Of a stretch of 64,000 nucleotides of DNA, positions 62,400 through 64,000 are shown piece after piece; position 1 is the first letter of the stretch; every line of letters begins with the position of its first letter. The notes under the pieces were generated by a model, which ran no database searches, was not told the DNA's origin, and saw nothing but the letters and a program-made list of their open reading frames with translations. This DNA is from Azolla caroliniana (Eukaryota > Plantae > Polypodiophyta), in NCBI GenBank assembly GCA_043228905.1, contig JBHGNT010000016.1:17422001-17486000 (forward strand), in the 5' to 3' direction. Both the position numbers and the translations under genes were made by a program.

Positions 62400-64000
62400 T
62401 ATCCGGACACTTATTTGGTTCTCCGTTCCAGATACCGATTCGGCTCTAGCTTATTCAGCCGATCCGGATCCAGTTAAGCTTGCCCGCTCAATAGTCCTCG
62501 AACCTAACGTCAGCCTCCCTGACAAATTCAATGGCTCGAGGGCACATCTTCACGGCCTCATCAATCAAATTGGGCTTATCATCCGCTTACAACCCCAACG
62601 TTATGGTAGCGATTTCTCTCGGGTCACCATCATTGGCACCCTTCTTTCTGGGCCAGTACAAGCATGGTTGCACCATTGATCGAGACCTCATCCCCATTCT
62701 TAGAAAACTTTCCTGCCTTCCTTGCGGAGCTTGAACCCACATTCGGAGAGACAGACTGGCGATGAACGGCACTCACGAAGCTCTATTCCTTACAACAAGC
62801 TCTCGTCGAGCTGCCATCTATGCTTTAGAATTTCGTCAGATTGTGTGCGATGTCAGCTGGGATGACCAATCCTTATGCGACCAGTTCCGTCGAGGCCTTC
62901 GAAACGATGTCAAGACTCTTCTTTAAACTTTCTGGAGCCCACATTGTTGTCTCCGGTAATCTCCCAAGCCGTTCAATGTGATAATCGTCTTTTAGGTCTT
63001 CCCATCTTCCTCTCGTAATGCTCCACTCACAAGGCCATATATATTAGTTTTGCCAAGCATGTCACGGTTTCCATCCTCCAATGATACTCATACCCAGATG
63101 GAGGTGGAACCCCAAACCCCAATGGAGTTCGACCATGCTCGGTTCTAACCATTAACCAATGCCCAAAGACAACATCAACGTGACAATGGCCTCTGCCTCT
63201 ATTGTGGTACCTCTGGCCATGTCATCCGCCACTACCCGGTGCGCGGCCCTTGTCATCAATCCCACCGTGCACGTCTTGCAAAGGTCTCTCGACAACTGGA
63301 AAATGACCAAGTCCGGTTGCAGTAGGAGTCATATTGCTGGACACTTTCCGTTTCCCTACTTCTCTGTGTTCGTACAATTCAGCGACGCCAACAGGAGGTT
63401 TTACTTTGCAAGTAAGTCTTTGTTTTGGGTCTACTTCAATACAATCCCATGCCTTGCTTGATTCTAGTGCATCTACTTGTTTCATCGATATCGCGTTCGT
63501 CTGAGCACATAAAATCCCCATGGTCCGCACACCACAACCATATTCGTTGAAGCTATCGACTGACGGGTTCTCTCCTCGGGGGCAGTTACCAAAACCACTA
63601 TCCCGTTGGTACTTGAAGTTGGGTTCCACCAAGAGGTATTAAAATTCTACCTCATTGCAACCCCTCGACATCCGATTGTTTTAGCGCTCTCCTCGCTAGA
63701 AACACACAATCCGGCAGTGGATTGCTGCAACCGCTCCATCACTTTTCCACAAACACTAGCGCAGGTCACGACTCCCCACCATGTTACTTGTGTGGGGGCT
63801 GCTTTCAGCTTGGGTGCACATTCTTCTAATTGCAACTCAGTCTCCGACACTACTGATTTCGTTGTGGCCGATTCTAGCTTTGTCGCTTTTGTGCCTGTTG
63901 TGTCACATGACGTCTCTATTCTTGTCACCAATTTGCCCGCAAGATATACCAACTTTTTGGATGTGTTCGAAAAGCAAAATGCAGACTGGTTACCGGCACA
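62400..64000 (+). mobile_element. Second, decayed Tcn1-like chromovirus (gag-protease), running off the window
   Basis: EPNVSLPDKFNGSRAHLHGLINQIGLIIRLQPQRY, CLYCGTSGH and ALLDSSASTCFID are homologous to the gag and pol at 47551-51200. Confidence 0.85.

Overview
Eukaryotic, transposon-saturated heterochromatin. The element families suggest a moss such as Physcomitrium (inference). There is no intact host gene. Tracing terminal repeats and target-site duplications (TSDs) resolves a nested stack. The outermost layer is a decayed Gypsy gag (about 5200-5790, resuming in frame at 56189). It is interrupted by a Sola-type DNA transposon (5791-56184; ~35-bp TIRs, TGGT TSD; ~8.0 kb once nested inserts are removed). 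Besides its transposase (minus strand), this transposon carries a divergently transcribed, 3-intron cargo gene encoding a ParB/Srx-like domain followed by a beta-class N4-cytosine/N6-adenine DNA methyltransferase. The ORF track misses that gene because its halves lie 42 kb apart (9614-11990 and 54385-55074) and it has introns and frameshifts. The 42.4-kb insert (11991-54379, CCAAC TSD) is an aberrant Athila-like Gypsy integrant with U3 ends at both termini and four LTR copies. It also contains a full reverse-transcribed tRNA-Asp with CCA and an A58>T change, and an integrase extended by a second aspartic protease. Nested in it are a Copia element, two Trp-primed Gypsy elements, two solo LTRs and a self-priming Tcn1-like chromovirus. 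The right end holds more decayed Gypsy/LTR fragments, a second Sola-like terminus, a hAT MITE and another Tcn1-like element. All calls come from motif reading by eye; no database search was run.
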